A DNA stretch of 64,000 nt from Bdellovibrionales bacterium (GTDB lineage: Bacteria > Bdellovibrionota > Bdellovibrionia > Bdellovibrionales > CAYMLA01), in contig OZ244239.1 of assembly GCA_965217115.1 (NCBI GenBank), positions 1,568,001-1,632,000 of the forward strand, written 5' to 3'. Position numbers and translations under genes: made by a program. Position 1 is the stretch's first letter. Each line of letters starts with the position of its first letter. Positions 1-9,122 of this stretch are shown here, piece by piece. Under the pieces are notes generated by a model. It was not told the origin of the DNA, searched no databases, and was given only the letters and a program-made list of their open reading frames with translations.

Positions 1-83
1 GTCGTTATTAACCTTGCACTTAACTATTGGTATGTTAGCAAAAGATTTGGTGCAAAATAAAAAAGCTAAAATTGAAATTAGTC

Positions 84-1616
84 TCACTTTTTTTCCCTAA
101 GCTTACAAATGTGAATTGTATGTGTGGCACAATGTAAATTTCCCCTACCCATGTGAGCATAGTCAAATGTATCTACAAAGTCAGGTTTGATACCTCTTTG
201 TGTGTATTCAGTTGCTATATATTTTTTGAATAAACTATTACCAGGTTCTGGTGTGATAACTGTATTTCCTATAGAAACCGAATTAGTTGGATTTGGTAAA
301 ATAGAAAGCCCCATTCCTTGAGGGAGCTCATATTTGCTATTTTTTAGATGAACTGGTTCACCTCCAAAGAAGAGATCAGGTACTTCTATAAAATCTGGCT
401 TACATTGAGGGAGTCTTTCCTGGAGTTTGAGTTTTAGTTTGGATTTAAGGTTGTCCATTTTTTGTTGGATGAGTTCATTATATATTTTAAGACTATCATT
501 CTCAGATAAAGCTTTTAATACTTGATGATTAGTAATTTCAGAACAATCTATTTGTTTATGCTTTTTCTTATATGAAAGCTGTGCGTGAGCTGAATTTACT
601 AAAAAATTAATTATCTGAAAATAATATTCTGTAACTCCTTTGGGTTTAATAGGGCTATCTGGTGAATTATATTTATCAGATAGATTAGATATAACTTTAC
701 ACAATTTTTTTAAACCTCTATGTACTTTGCTGCGAGATATAGCCAGACCTTTGCCCGAGTGAGTTCTATTTTTAGGGAATTCTAAAAAAGATTTAGTAGG
801 AGCTATTTTTAATAACTCAATTGCTTTTCTAGGGCTGGCTAATGCAATTGAAAAATTACAAGGAGCTTTTAAATTATTATTTTTCACTACTTTCATTATT
901 TCATCAGTGTGTCCTATAAATAACCAATTAGTAGGGACTTTGATTTTATTTTCAAGGTTGCTTCCACAAAATTGTCTTGTATAGTCACTCCACTCTTGGT
1001 GATTTTTAAAATGATCGTCTCCCAGAAGACAAAAACCTCCAGGAAACCCTTCGATATTCCCCCCCATGTGTCCATTTTTGAGACTTCCAGTTTTTAATGG
1101 AGCCCCTAATTTAAAACCGCATTCTTGAGTTGCTTTAGCAATTTTTTCCAAGAAACCACCAACTCGTGGATACCCTTCAACTGGTCGTAGAACAGGCTGT
1201 CCACTTTGATCCACAAATGCTTCAAAATAATCCTGCTGCCAAGTATAGCTTTGTGCAGGTACTTGTATAAGTTTACTTTTCCACTGTTTTTTTTGTTGAG
1301 GAGAAATATTAAGTGAGTCAATGTGGTTTTTTATCCTAGAAATTGTATTGTCTGATACAGGTAAAACGATTAGAGGAATGTTTTTCGTAGATGAATTCAA
1401 AACTTTTTCGACAAAACTTGGTGTGAAGCTTGGGTCATCGAGGAAGCCTCGGTCAGATACGACGACTGCTGCTGTTGGAAAAATTTCTGGTAGGATAGTG
1501 TTGTCACTAGGGCATTCAGGAAGAGACGTTGAGCGTTTTTTTATCCAATCTGGACATGCGCATATAGCTTGGTGTGAAAATAAGAATATTAACATTAGAA
1601 GAGGTAGTTTTGACAT
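84..1616 (-). CDS. Secreted protein-arginine deiminase (PAD) family protein
   Basis: Signal peptide; PAD-type motifs in order: WQQD, GGNIEG, WLFIGHTDEI, GNLHCAT (catalytic Asp/His/Asp/Cys). Confidence 0.8.
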   Translation of the reverse strand: MSKLPLLMLIFLFSHQAICACPDWIKKRSTSLPECPSDNTILPEIFPTAAVVVSDRGFLDDPSFTPSFVEKVLNSSTKNIPLIVLPVSDNTISRIKNHIDSLNISPQQKKQWKSKLIQVPAQSYTWQQDYFEAFVDQSGQPVLRPVEGYPRVGGFLEKIAKATQECGFKLGAPLKTGSLKNGHMGGNIEGFPGGFCLLGDDHFKNHQEWSDYTRQFCGSNLENKIKVPTNWLFIGHTDEIMKVVKNNNLKAPCNFSIALASPRKAIELLKIAPTKSFLEFPKNRTHSGKGLAISRSKVHRGLKKLCKVISNLSDKYNSPDSPIKPKGVTEYYFQIINFLVNSAHAQLSYKKKHKQIDCSEITNHQVLKALSENDSLKIYNELIQQKMDNLKSKLKLKLQERLPQCKPDFIEVPDLFFGGEPVHLKNSKYELPQGMGLSILPNPTNSVSIGNTVITPEPGNSLFKKYIATEYTQRGIKPDFVDTFDYAHMGRGNLHCATHTIHICKLREKK

Positions 1617-1626
1617 AACTTATTGT

Positions 1627-1652
1627 ATTCTAATTCTAATTCTAATTCTAAT
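1627..1652. repeat. Hexamer tandem repeat (ATTCTA)x4 just upstream of the PAD start
   Basis: Read directly; reads (TAGAAT)x4 on the coding strand. Confidence 0.9.
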
Positions 1653-1726
1653 CTTGGACTACACGAAAGTCTGTGTGTTTTATGTAAAATATGCTAGATT
1701 TAGGAGCAACATGAATATTTTTATTT

Positions 1727-1864
1727 CTACACGATTTGGTAGTAATTGAATTTTAATAGTTGTTTATTGTTAAGAAGGTTCTGAGCAATCTGTTCTGCTG
1801 AAAGCCCCTTTTGAGTGTGTAATTTGATAATTTCAGTAGGGCTTTTGTCCAAAGTCACATGCAC
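1727..1864 (-). CDS. Putative 45-aa small protein, HTH-like segment (not in ORF track)
   Basis: GGAGG 7 nt before GTG; MHVTLDKSPTEIIKLHTQKGLSAEQIAQNLLNNKQLLKFNYYQIV. Confidence 0.35.
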   Translation of the reverse strand: MHVTLDKSPTEIIKLHTQKGLSAEQIAQNLLNNKQLLKFNYYQIV

Positions 1865-1870
1865 CAAGTG

Positions 1871-1922
1871 TCCTCCAATGGGCTATCATGCTATCATTCT
1901 ATCACGATAGCCCATTGGAGGA
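1871..1922. promoter_or_regulatory. 20-bp inverted repeat carrying a GGAGG SD on each arm around a central double extended -10
   Basis: tcctccaatgggctatcatg / cacgatagcccattggagga (1 mismatch); centre reads TGcTATCAT on + and TGaTAGAAT on -. Confidence 0.7.
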
Positions 1923-1927
1923 TGATT

Positions 1928-2287
1928 ATGAAAAAGACATTTGTGATATTAATTTTATTTGTTAGTAGTATATCTCAAGCTAACCCCTGTACTAATCTCT
2001 TTAAAGACGTCGGTTTTCTTTTCAAGACTAAAAAAGCAGTACGTGGTGTAGCTCAAGCTGGTAGAGAACTCGATATTATACGTGAGAATATTAAAAATTC
2101 AGATAGTATTTCACGCTTAAGATTCTTATCTGAGTATTTGTTGGATACGACTCAGAAAAGCTCTAGCGATCTGTCTCGAAGCCTTACTGCTATGGCCGCA
2201 GCCATTGAGTCAGGGATAGACCTGAGAAAGTTAAAAGAGAAATGTCGTGATGGTAATGCCTCAGAACTTTTTAATAAGGCAAAGTAA
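1928..2287 (+). CDS. Secreted hypothetical protein
   Basis: GGAGG at 1917-1921 supports ATG 1928 (MKKTFVILILFVSSISQA signal peptide) rather than 1859. Confidence 0.75.
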   Translation: MKKTFVILILFVSSISQANPCTNLFKDVGFLFKTKKAVRGVAQAGRELDIIRENIKNSDSISRLRFLSEYLLDTTQKSSSDLSRSLTAMAAAIESGIDLRKLKEKCRDGNASELFNKAK

Positions 2288-2312
2288 TGGTTTATTTATT
2301 CGATTCGTTTTC
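2285..2312 (-). repeat. Repeat family A, 3' module
   Basis: taatggtttatttattcgattcgtttt is the reverse complement of the module at 23690-23716. Confidence 0.75.
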
Positions 2313-2407
2313 ATGTTATGGATAAAATAGGTAGATTCTCTAATAGCCAGGAGTTAAGTGTTGTTTCTTGTGATTTGGGTGATATGTCTCAGCCAACAAA
2401 CAAAACT

Positions 2408-2480
2408 CTAGATAAATGATTAATCCTCAGCCGACGAAGCTGAGAGATGGTGAAAAAAGGCGACCTTGGGGTCGCCTTCA
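2408..2480 (+). repeat. Repeat family A, two-hairpin 5' module
   Basis: ctagataaatgattaatcctcagccgacgaagctgagagatg...aaggcgaccttggggtcgcctt resembles 7420-7490. Confidence 0.75.
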
Positions 2481-2523
2481 CTGAGCTTGTGTGTAAGGTT
2501 TAGTTAATTAAAAACCTAGTTTT

Positions 2524-2874
2524 TTATTTTTGCGGAGAAGGCTGAAAAGCACATGAGTAATAGTATTCAAGCCCATCTTCTGAAACAAATTCTTTTAGAG
2601 TCACATTAAAAACTATTTTTCCTACACGCTGAACTTCAAAACCAGAATCTTTTTGTTTGGAAACGTAGTAGGTATATCCATAGCCCCGACGGCCACTCCA
2701 TTTAGTGGTAGAGCTTATCCAATTTCCAGGCTTTAAAGATTCGACCATTTCTTTCTGACAAAAACGAGACAGATTCGAAAGGGCGTAATTTGCCTCCTGA
2801 CCTAGAACTTCCACACTACTAGCAAATGCGGAAAAGGGAGAGAGAAGCATGCAACTGATAATAAGATTTTTCAT
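2524..2874 (-). CDS. Secreted hypothetical protein
   Basis: Signal peptide ending AFA; purine-rich RBS. Confidence 0.75.
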   Translation of the reverse strand: MKNLIISCMLLSPFSAFASSVEVLGQEANYALSNLSRFCQKEMVESLKPGNWISSTTKWSGRRGYGYTYYVSKQKDSGFEVQRVGKIVFNVTLKEFVSEDGLEYYYSCAFQPSPQK

Positions 2875-2888
2875 ATTTTCTTCCTATT

Positions 2889-3027
2889 TGTTGTATTACT
2901 CATTTGAGTAAGAGTTTTATTATAAGATTCTGCTCATAATATTTAGCGTACCATTTAAGACACAGGGTCGAATTAACAGAATCTCTATTAAGTGTCTATA
3001 ATTTATTGCTAGGAGGGTCATTTTTAT
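2889..3027 (-). repeat. Upstream region homologous to 9141-9276
   Basis: Colinear similarity (ttgagtaa...tataattt.ttgctaggagggt.atttt) upstream of two unrelated small secreted genes. Confidence 0.65.
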
Positions 3028-3382
3028 AGCGTATAGAGTTTAAAATTGTAATAAATTCACTAATCTCCAAATAGCTAAAACATCCTCTTTTCCATATGGG
3101 ACTACTGGCGCAATAGACCGCCTGAACCCAACCCAACTTTTCTCTTTTTCGATGACCAGAATGGTGAGACAATAAGTTCCCCTCAGACTGCAAGTAGTTC
3201 AAATCTATTCTATTGATGGTGTTCTTATCCAGAGCAAAATAGTTAGAGTCTGCCGTAACCAGAAGATTTAAAATACACTTTGCAGGAAAACTATCGGTCA
3301 AATTTTCTTAGTTCTGGTAAGCTAGTTATTTATTTAAACCTATGTTTAAATCTAGGAATATTTTGATCCTTAAATGATCGAG

Positions 3383-4234
3383 TTACATCTCAAACTCTAG
3401 AGGTTTGTCAGGGTTGAACCAACATCTCGGTCGAGCAGACTCAATATGGTTTTTTTTCTGAGAGCACACACCATCTTCAATATTTTGGAAGCTGACCTTT
3501 TCAGAAGGAGGAATCGTACATAACGCCGCTGCGACAATCGTATCAAAACGACACTGTGCCGCAGGGTGAAGAGGATAGGTTTTTTCTGGAGTGAGTTTTG
3601 AAGGAGTGGTTATATTGACGTAGAATCTTACTTTATTAGAAAGAAGGCGTATAGCTTCTGAAAAACTTCTCCCTGCAAAAATAGTCCTTCGACATAAAGC
3701 CACATCTTTTCGCGTTTTCCAATGGGTTTGACACTTTTTTAAAGAAATAGGGATAATATCTTTTAAAAAATAATTTTCCGAATTTTTCTTTACGAAGTCT
3801 TTGACAAATTGAACATTGTTTTCGCCCTTGTAAAAAGTTCGGAAACATTTGGATGCAGCCCAATAGTCTGCTTGCCCCTCTATGGACAGATTCGACCTCA
3901 GAAGAACAAAGTTCCCAAAGAGAGGTCCTCCTCCTGCAAGATGTCCCATCTCATGACAAACCAAGAGTACAAAAGCATCTTCGGTCAAATTTCTACTTCT
4001 AAGCAGACCTCCCGAAATGTACAGATAATATGAATCCCCTTCATCTCTAGCCAGAGCATCTAAAGAATCACTCTTCCAATCTCTTGTAACTCCAAGAGGT
4101 TTTCTCAGGTTATCTCCGTAGAGATTAAGTATTTTAGAGGTGATTGAGTAAAACTTTTCTGCAACTGGATCTTTACATTGCCCTTGAATTGGCAATAGTC
4201 CAAAAAATAAAAAAAATAAAATTGCCTCTTTCAT
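3383..4234 (-). CDS. Secreted zinc metalloprotease (HEXXH, M48-like)
   Basis: CHEMGH, EGQADY, HPAAQCRFDT, RPRCWF; paralogous to the N-terminal domain of 21952..23562. Confidence 0.75.
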   Translation of the reverse strand: MKEAILFFLFFGLLPIQGQCKDPVAEKFYSITSKILNLYGDNLRKPLGVTRDWKSDSLDALARDEGDSYYLYISGGLLRSRNLTEDAFVLLVCHEMGHLAGGGPLFGNFVLLRSNLSIEGQADYWAASKCFRTFYKGENNVQFVKDFVKKNSENYFLKDIIPISLKKCQTHWKTRKDVALCRRTIFAGRSFSEAIRLLSNKVRFYVNITTPSKLTPEKTYPLHPAAQCRFDTIVAAALCTIPPSEKVSFQNIEDGVCSQKKNHIESARPRCWFNPDKPLEFEM

Positions 4235-4275
4235 GCCCTCTCCTTATTGTAATTGCTATTATAGACGACTCCGTC

Positions 4276-4414
4276 CTCAGCGAGGGAGAAATCAGCCCAT
4301 GATGTAAAATTTCCCGATTTTCAAGGGTGACCTTTAAAAAGCGAGTTTTAATCAGCGCAAAGAAGAAGACTTCTCTGCAGTGGCCTCATCATCTCCTGGC
4401 TTTGTCGGCGAGGG
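4276..4414 (-). repeat. Repeat family A copy overlapping the 3' end of CDS 4352..5026
   Basis: Reverse complement ccctcgccgacaaagccaggagatgatgaggccactgc...tttacatcatgggctgatttctccctcgctg aligns with 7435-7575. Confidence 0.8.
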
Positions 4415-5026
4415 CTTATTATATTGATGTAAGAATATATATATTCTACCGCTAGCATCATAAGCAGCTTCTACGACGTAATGTATAAAATGAGAAAGCT
4501 TTTCGCCATACTCTTCACAACTAGACGATTTTTCACCCATTTTTTCGAACACTTTTAGCGCTATCCCAAATGTGTTTTTAGATAGAATTCCACCTATGTG
4601 AGTAACTTTTTCTCCGACGTCTTTAGAAAGTTTTTCCTGACACTCAAGAGCTTCTTCCGGAGTCAGAGAAAAGCTAAGAGTCGATTTTGCAGTGGCCTCA
4701 TCTTCTAGCTTTGTCGGCGAGGGGTTATATTTATTTAAGAATATATATATTCTACTGCTAGCCCCATAAGCAGCTTCTACGACGTAATTTATAAAAAAAG
4801 AAAGATGTTCGCTATACTCTTCACAACTAGACGATTCTTCCCCCATTTTTTCGACCACTATTAGCGCTTTCTCAAATGTGTTTTTAGAGAGAATTTCACC
4901 TATGTGATTCTTTTTTTCTTTGATTTTTTCAGGAAGTTTTTTCTGACATTCAAGAGATTCTTCCGGAGTCAGAGAAAAGCTAAGAGTCGATGTAAGCATA
5001 ATAGCTATAACTAAAACCTTTTTCAT
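4352..5026 (-). CDS. Secreted protein with an internal tandem duplication (306-bp period)
   Basis: STLSFSLTPEE..CQ.KL and SSSCEEY..YVVEAAY.AS.RIYIFL each occur twice; signal peptide. Confidence 0.8.
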   Translation of the reverse strand: MKKVLVIAIMLTSTLSFSLTPEESLECQKKLPEKIKEKKNHIGEILSKNTFEKALIVVEKMGEESSSCEEYSEHLSFFINYVVEAAYGASSRIYIFLNKYNPSPTKLEDEATAKSTLSFSLTPEEALECQEKLSKDVGEKVTHIGGILSKNTFGIALKVFEKMGEKSSSCEEYGEKLSHFIHYVVEAAYDASGRIYIFLHQYNKPSPTKPGDDEATAEKSSSLR

Positions 5027-5214
5027 TTCTTTTCTCCTTTATTTGTATAGATGCTTGAAATTCACCTATTTAATTTCTGCTTAGTAACCAAATCGTTTAT
5101 TTATTCGATTCGTTTATACTTCCAGTGCGATTATACATAAATTAGAGAGGAAATACTTGAGAATAGGAGTATAGTGTAATTTTTTCCTACTTTTGAGGGA
5201 CAATCTACGCAAGG

Positions 5215-5475
5215 AAAGGGCGACTATCGAGTCGCCTTTTTCTTTGTGTTCGAGAAAGCTTGCTTTTAAAGGCAACCCCTAAAAACTAAAAAACTTTACA
5301 TCATGGCCTAACTTTCTCCTCGCTGGGGCTAAAATCGGCTATAATCGCTCAGGAATTCAAAACGAATCGAATGAATAAGCCATTCCTCAAAAAATATATT
5401 TTTAAGTAAAAAAAGCCATCTCAGTTACAAATAGCTTCAAGATGGGTTATAAATGGCTCGATACTAAAAATTAAG
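5215..5475 (+). repeat. Left ~260-bp direct repeat (family A plus orphan 3' end of the App1-like gene)
   Basis: Colinear with 7464-7725; 5421-5474 on - encodes LIFSIEPFITHLEAICN* versus LNFNIEPFITHLETICN* in the intact gene. Confidence 0.85.
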
Positions 5476-5478
5476 TCA

Positions 5479-6354
5479 TTAGCCTCTTGACCAGAATATT
5501 AAATACCTCATTAGTTCGCTTTTGAAGTATTCTAGGGCTTCGTTGTTCCTCGTATCCATAAAACACAAGTCAATATAGTGTTTGTCAAAATGGTTGTTCT
5601 TTATGTTCGGATGGTGAAAAGCGGTTAATTTACCTTTTAGAACACCATCTCGGGCAACTTTATGTGGGAGCAGCCCTATACCCATAGATTCTTCTGTTAA
5701 GGCCTTAACAGTTTCAATATTGTCACAACAGATAGATTCAATAAAATGAAACTTTTCAAGAGAGTTTGCGACGTCATTGAGAGAGAAATCAAAATATATA
5801 AGCCTATTTTGAAAACCAGAGTGTTTCAACGGTGATACATAAAGACCAAAAAAGTCTTCGTACACTGATTCATGTTTTATTCCCCGAAAAGAAGAAGCAT
5901 TAACAATGAGACCCAATTGAATTTGACTGTTTTTAAGGTCTTTGACGAGATCACGACTTTTCCCTGTCTTAATGAAAATTTTAAGATCTGGTTGAATTTG
6001 CTTAAAAAACCTTAAAAATTCGGGAAAAAAATAACGAGCAATACTATCATAAGCTCCAATCGTTATCTTTTCGTTGAAAAGACAGCTTTGAGCTTTCATT
6101 TTTAGTTCCAACTCCGAAGCGGTTTTTAAGGTAATTTGAGCATATTGATAGAGCATTTCTCCTTCTCTGGTCATTTGAATACCACTTTTTGATCTTACAA
6201 GAAGCCTGGAGCCAATAGTTTCTTCAAGCTGAAGAATCACCTTTGACATCTGCGCTTGACTCAACAGAGCCTTTAGAGCCCCTCCCTTAATAGTCCCAGC
6301 CTCAATAACCTTAGAGTAATAATCTAATTTATGCAGTTGATCTTTTAGTCTCAT
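5479..6354 (-). CDS. LysR-family transcriptional regulator
   Basis: N-terminal HTH (LSQAQMSKVILQLEETIGSRLLVRS...TREGE) and substrate-binding domain; divergent from 6504. Confidence 0.9.
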   Translation of the reverse strand: MRLKDQLHKLDYYSKVIEAGTIKGGALKALLSQAQMSKVILQLEETIGSRLLVRSKSGIQMTREGEMLYQYAQITLKTASELELKMKAQSCLFNEKITIGAYDSIARYFFPEFLRFFKQIQPDLKIFIKTGKSRDLVKDLKNSQIQLGLIVNASSFRGIKHESVYEDFFGLYVSPLKHSGFQNRLIYFDFSLNDVANSLEKFHFIESICCDNIETVKALTEESMGIGLLPHKVARDGVLKGKLTAFHHPNIKNNHFDKHYIDLCFMDTRNNEALEYFKSELMRYLIFWSRG

Positions 6355-6362
6355 TTTCCACC

Positions 6363-6379
6363 TATTCCAAAAACGAATA
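6363..6379. promoter_or_regulatory. Putative LysR binding box
   Basis: TATTC-N7-GAATA dyad containing T-N11-A in the divergent intergenic region. Confidence 0.55.
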
Positions 6380-6503
6380 CACCTATATACATTTAATGCT
6401 TTATTATTGCAAGAAAATACTGCACAACAATCAAATTGAGTCTCTGGAAAAATAGGAACTGGAGGCTTATTAAGGAAACCTAAACTAAAACGAGGAGAAG
6501 AAA

Positions 6504-7400
6504 ATGTTTAAGTATTTAGCAATTATTTTTTTTAGCGTATTACAGGCTCAAGCTGGAACAGTTAATCTAACACTTGAGTTATCAGGCCTTGGTTCAATGC
6601 AAGGACAGCATTATGAAGGGTGGAATATTGTAGCCGGTCAAGCAAAGTCCACAGGGAGATTTTCTATTAATGACAACGGGAACATCTATAGTGTTGATTC
6701 AATGGGCAGAGAACTCAGAAGACTAGGTACAAATAACACTGCAACTTTTATAGTCGATAGTTCTCAGAAGAGTTCAACTCTCTTTGTTTTAACAATTGAA
6801 CCTAATGGTGATGACGACACAGGGCCGAGCAGTGTTCATGTTATGGGTGGAGAGTACTCTTCTGGTGCTGCTACTCTAACGACGTCCCATAAATCAAGTC
6901 TTAAAGTTGACTTCACTTCTGTAACAGGAAGCTTCATTATGGCAGCTCCAACAGGAGGAGAATTTAATCAAGGAGTATGGTTTGTTGATCCTAGTGAGGG
7001 AATTGGGTCTCTAAGTATCCCAACTCTTGCAACTGGATGGGCTTATGAAGGATGGATTGTGAATACCAGTAACGGAAAGAAAATTTCTACGGGGATATTT
7101 TTTGATGCTAATGGAGCTGATTCCGATGCTGCGGGCTATTTAGCTGGCCCTTTGAAACTTTCTTTTCCATCAGTCCCTGGACAAGATATTGTGGAAAGCC
7201 CTGTAACACTCGATGATGGTAAGCATGCCATTGTCGTCTCGGTCGAGCCTTATCCAGATTTTGATCCAGCACCTTATGACATTAAGATTTTTAAGTCTGA
7301 TATTTCTCCAACGGATCCTGGAATGACTCCACTTGAGCTTAATAGAATTAATGTCGTTCCTACAGGCTTGGCGCATATACGAAAGACAATGGAAATTTAA
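6504..7400 (+). CDS. Secreted two-domain protein (RskA C-terminal-like repeat)
   Basis: Signal peptide; YEGW..STG.F..(T/S)(I/V)EP..D.D..P motif occurs twice. Confidence 0.6.
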   Translation: MFKYLAIIFFSVLQAQAGTVNLTLELSGLGSMQGQHYEGWNIVAGQAKSTGRFSINDNGNIYSVDSMGRELRRLGTNNTATFIVDSSQKSSTLFVLTIEPNGDDDTGPSSVHVMGGEYSSGAATLTTSHKSSLKVDFTSVTGSFIMAAPTGGEFNQGVWFVDPSEGIGSLSIPTLATGWAYEGWIVNTSNGKKISTGIFFDANGADSDAAGYLAGPLKLSFPSVPGQDIVESPVTLDDGKHAIVVSVEPYPDFDPAPYDIKIFKSDISPTDPGMTPLELNRINVVPTGLAHIRKTMEI

Positions 7401-7419
7401 TGATAAGAAAAACGCCCAC

Positions 7420-7725
7420 TAGGTAAATAGTCATCCCTCAGCCGACAAGGCTAGGAGATGATGAAAAGGCGACCATCGAGTCGCCTTTTTCTTTGGGTTC
7501 GAGAAAGCTTGCTTTTAAAGATAAGCCCTAAAAACTAGAAAACTTTACATCATGGCCTAATTTTTCCCTCGCTGGGACTGAAATCGCCTATAATCGCTCA
7601 GGAATTCAAAATGAATCGAAGAAATAAACCATTCCTAAAAAAACACCACGCAGACTAAAAAAACCTCTATCTCAGTTACAAATAGTTTCAAGATGGGTTA
7701 TAAATGGCTCGATATTAAAATTTAA
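7420..7725 (+). repeat. Most complete family A copy (7420-7635) and right direct repeat
   Basis: Hairpin tcatccctcagcc-gacaa-ggctaggagatga, hairpin ggcgac-catcga-gtcgcc plus T-tract, then ...cctataatcgctcaggaattcaaaatgaatcgaagaaataaaccatt. Confidence 0.85.
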
Positions 7726-8511
7726 AATGTTATTGGTCTTATCCTTAAAAGGCCACTTGTTTCCATAGCAGTTCATATATGGATGAAAGAAGTAACCTCC
7801 ATACTCTTCAGAAGAGGTTTCCAAAAACACATCTTTAATTATTTTTAAAATAAACTCCTCAGAACAGACATCTAAATTATATATAGCTAAGGCTATGCAG
7901 ATCTCAACTGGTGTAACAAAATTTACTTGATGAGGCATGAGGTTATCATCAAAGGCTACCGGGTATGTTGTCCTAATAAATTGTAGAATAGTTATTCTAT
8001 GACCATACTCTTGATAAATTTTATCATAAACGTAACTATCCATTTCCCCATTATCACCAATAAGGATTAATCTTTTGGGACTCTTCTTTTCAATGAGCTT
8101 TCGAATTGTTTTTAACTTATGAGTATTCTTACTTTCTGTTTCTCTAAAATATATCTCTCCTTTTGGAAAGTTATTATATTGTATAAAATCTTTATGATGG
8201 CCTTCCATCAGCCATTTAGGTGCATTTGTTAAGTAGACTATTTCTATATTATTATGATGTTGATGATTAACAAGTTGGTCATAAAGTCCGTTCATCCCAG
8301 ATATAAGATTCTCTTCTCTGTGAAAATACCGAATTTTTCCTATAAGGCTTCGAACATGGGAAGCCTTAATTGTATCATCAATATCTGAAATCAGAAGCGT
8401 CTTGTCAATGTCATTAGAATCGGCACGGGAATACACGCTACAAAATAAAATAAAGATCAATGCAAGTTTTCTGCATATTTTACTTGAGTCATAAGTGTTA
8501 ATGTTTTTCAT
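7672..8511 (-). CDS. App1-like phosphatidate phosphatase (HAD, DUF2183)
   Basis: ISDIDDTIK, VYLTNAP, K, LIGDNGEMD motifs; ATG 8511 precedes a signal-like segment. Confidence 0.8.
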   Translation of the reverse strand: MKNINTYDSSKICRKLALIFILFCSVYSRADSNDIDKTLLISDIDDTIKASHVRSLIGKIRYFHREENLISGMNGLYDQLVNHQHHNNIEIVYLTNAPKWLMEGHHKDFIQYNNFPKGEIYFRETESKNTHKLKTIRKLIEKKSPKRLILIGDNGEMDSYVYDKIYQEYGHRITILQFIRTTYPVAFDDNLMPHQVNFVTPVEICIALAIYNLDVCSEEFILKIIKDVFLETSSEEYGGYFFHPYMNCYGNKWPFKDKTNNILNFNIEPFITHLETICN

Positions 8512-8773
8512 TTGCTTTATCCAATTCGCGAATAACACGACCAACTATTTTTTTTGCATCTCTCAATCTTCTAACAGATTTTTTAAAATACTGAGGACAG
8601 TCTTTAAGATAAGGCTTCCAATCAGGGTCACAAAATGTTTTTAACTGAGTTACAGAACATTTATAATTAATCAAATTAAAATAAATCTCACTTGCATTCG
8701 TCAATTTTCCTACAGCGGCATCTACAGCATATAAATGACCGCTCAATACTCCAACACTTAGGCAGAATTCTTT
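8498..8773 (-). pseudogene. Probable 5'-truncated gene remnant
   Basis: Protein-like frame open to a stop at 8774-8776 without an ATG; overlaps the App1 start like an operon partner. Confidence 0.35.
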
Positions 8774-8777
8774 TTAC

Positions 8778-9122
8778 TTAAAAACAGCCCCAGCATGCTA
8801 GGAAGGAGGTCGTTTTGTAAGTGAAATCAGAAAAAAAACGATTGTTTGTATATTCTCCAGTTGTAATCTGAGGGCAATCATAGCCCTCATTGCGGACATT
8901 TCTCTTGCAGTTTCTGGGGCTAGAATATGCACCCAGATAGTAACATTGTCCCTTTGGTTTTTTTGCCTCATATGTATAAACCGTTCCATGGGAGAAAAGA
9001 CGGTCATTTTGAGATACTATAGTATAGCTATCTTCAACCTCGTATCGACAAGACTCTGCAAAAGATAATTTTGATAATGAAAGTAGTAAGGTTATTCCAA
9101 ATATAACTTTTCTGATAAACAT
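8778..9122 (-). CDS. Small secreted Cys-rich protein
   Basis: AGGAGG RBS; signal peptide; 6 Cys. Confidence 0.75.
   Translation of the reverse strand: MFIRKVIFGITLLLSLSKLSFAESCRYEVEDSYTIVSQNDRLFSHGTVYTYEAKKPKGQCYYLGAYSSPRNCKRNVRNEGYDCPQITTGEYTNNRFFSDFTYKTTSFLACWGCF

Noticed and set aside
1321..1749. 142-aa plus-strand ORF with ILILILIL
   Set aside because: Antisense to the PAD gene; the low-complexity run comes from the hexamer repeat
2996..3301. 101-aa ORF
   Set aside because: TTG start, no RBS or recognisable motif, and its end overlaps the conserved upstream element; at most a remnant
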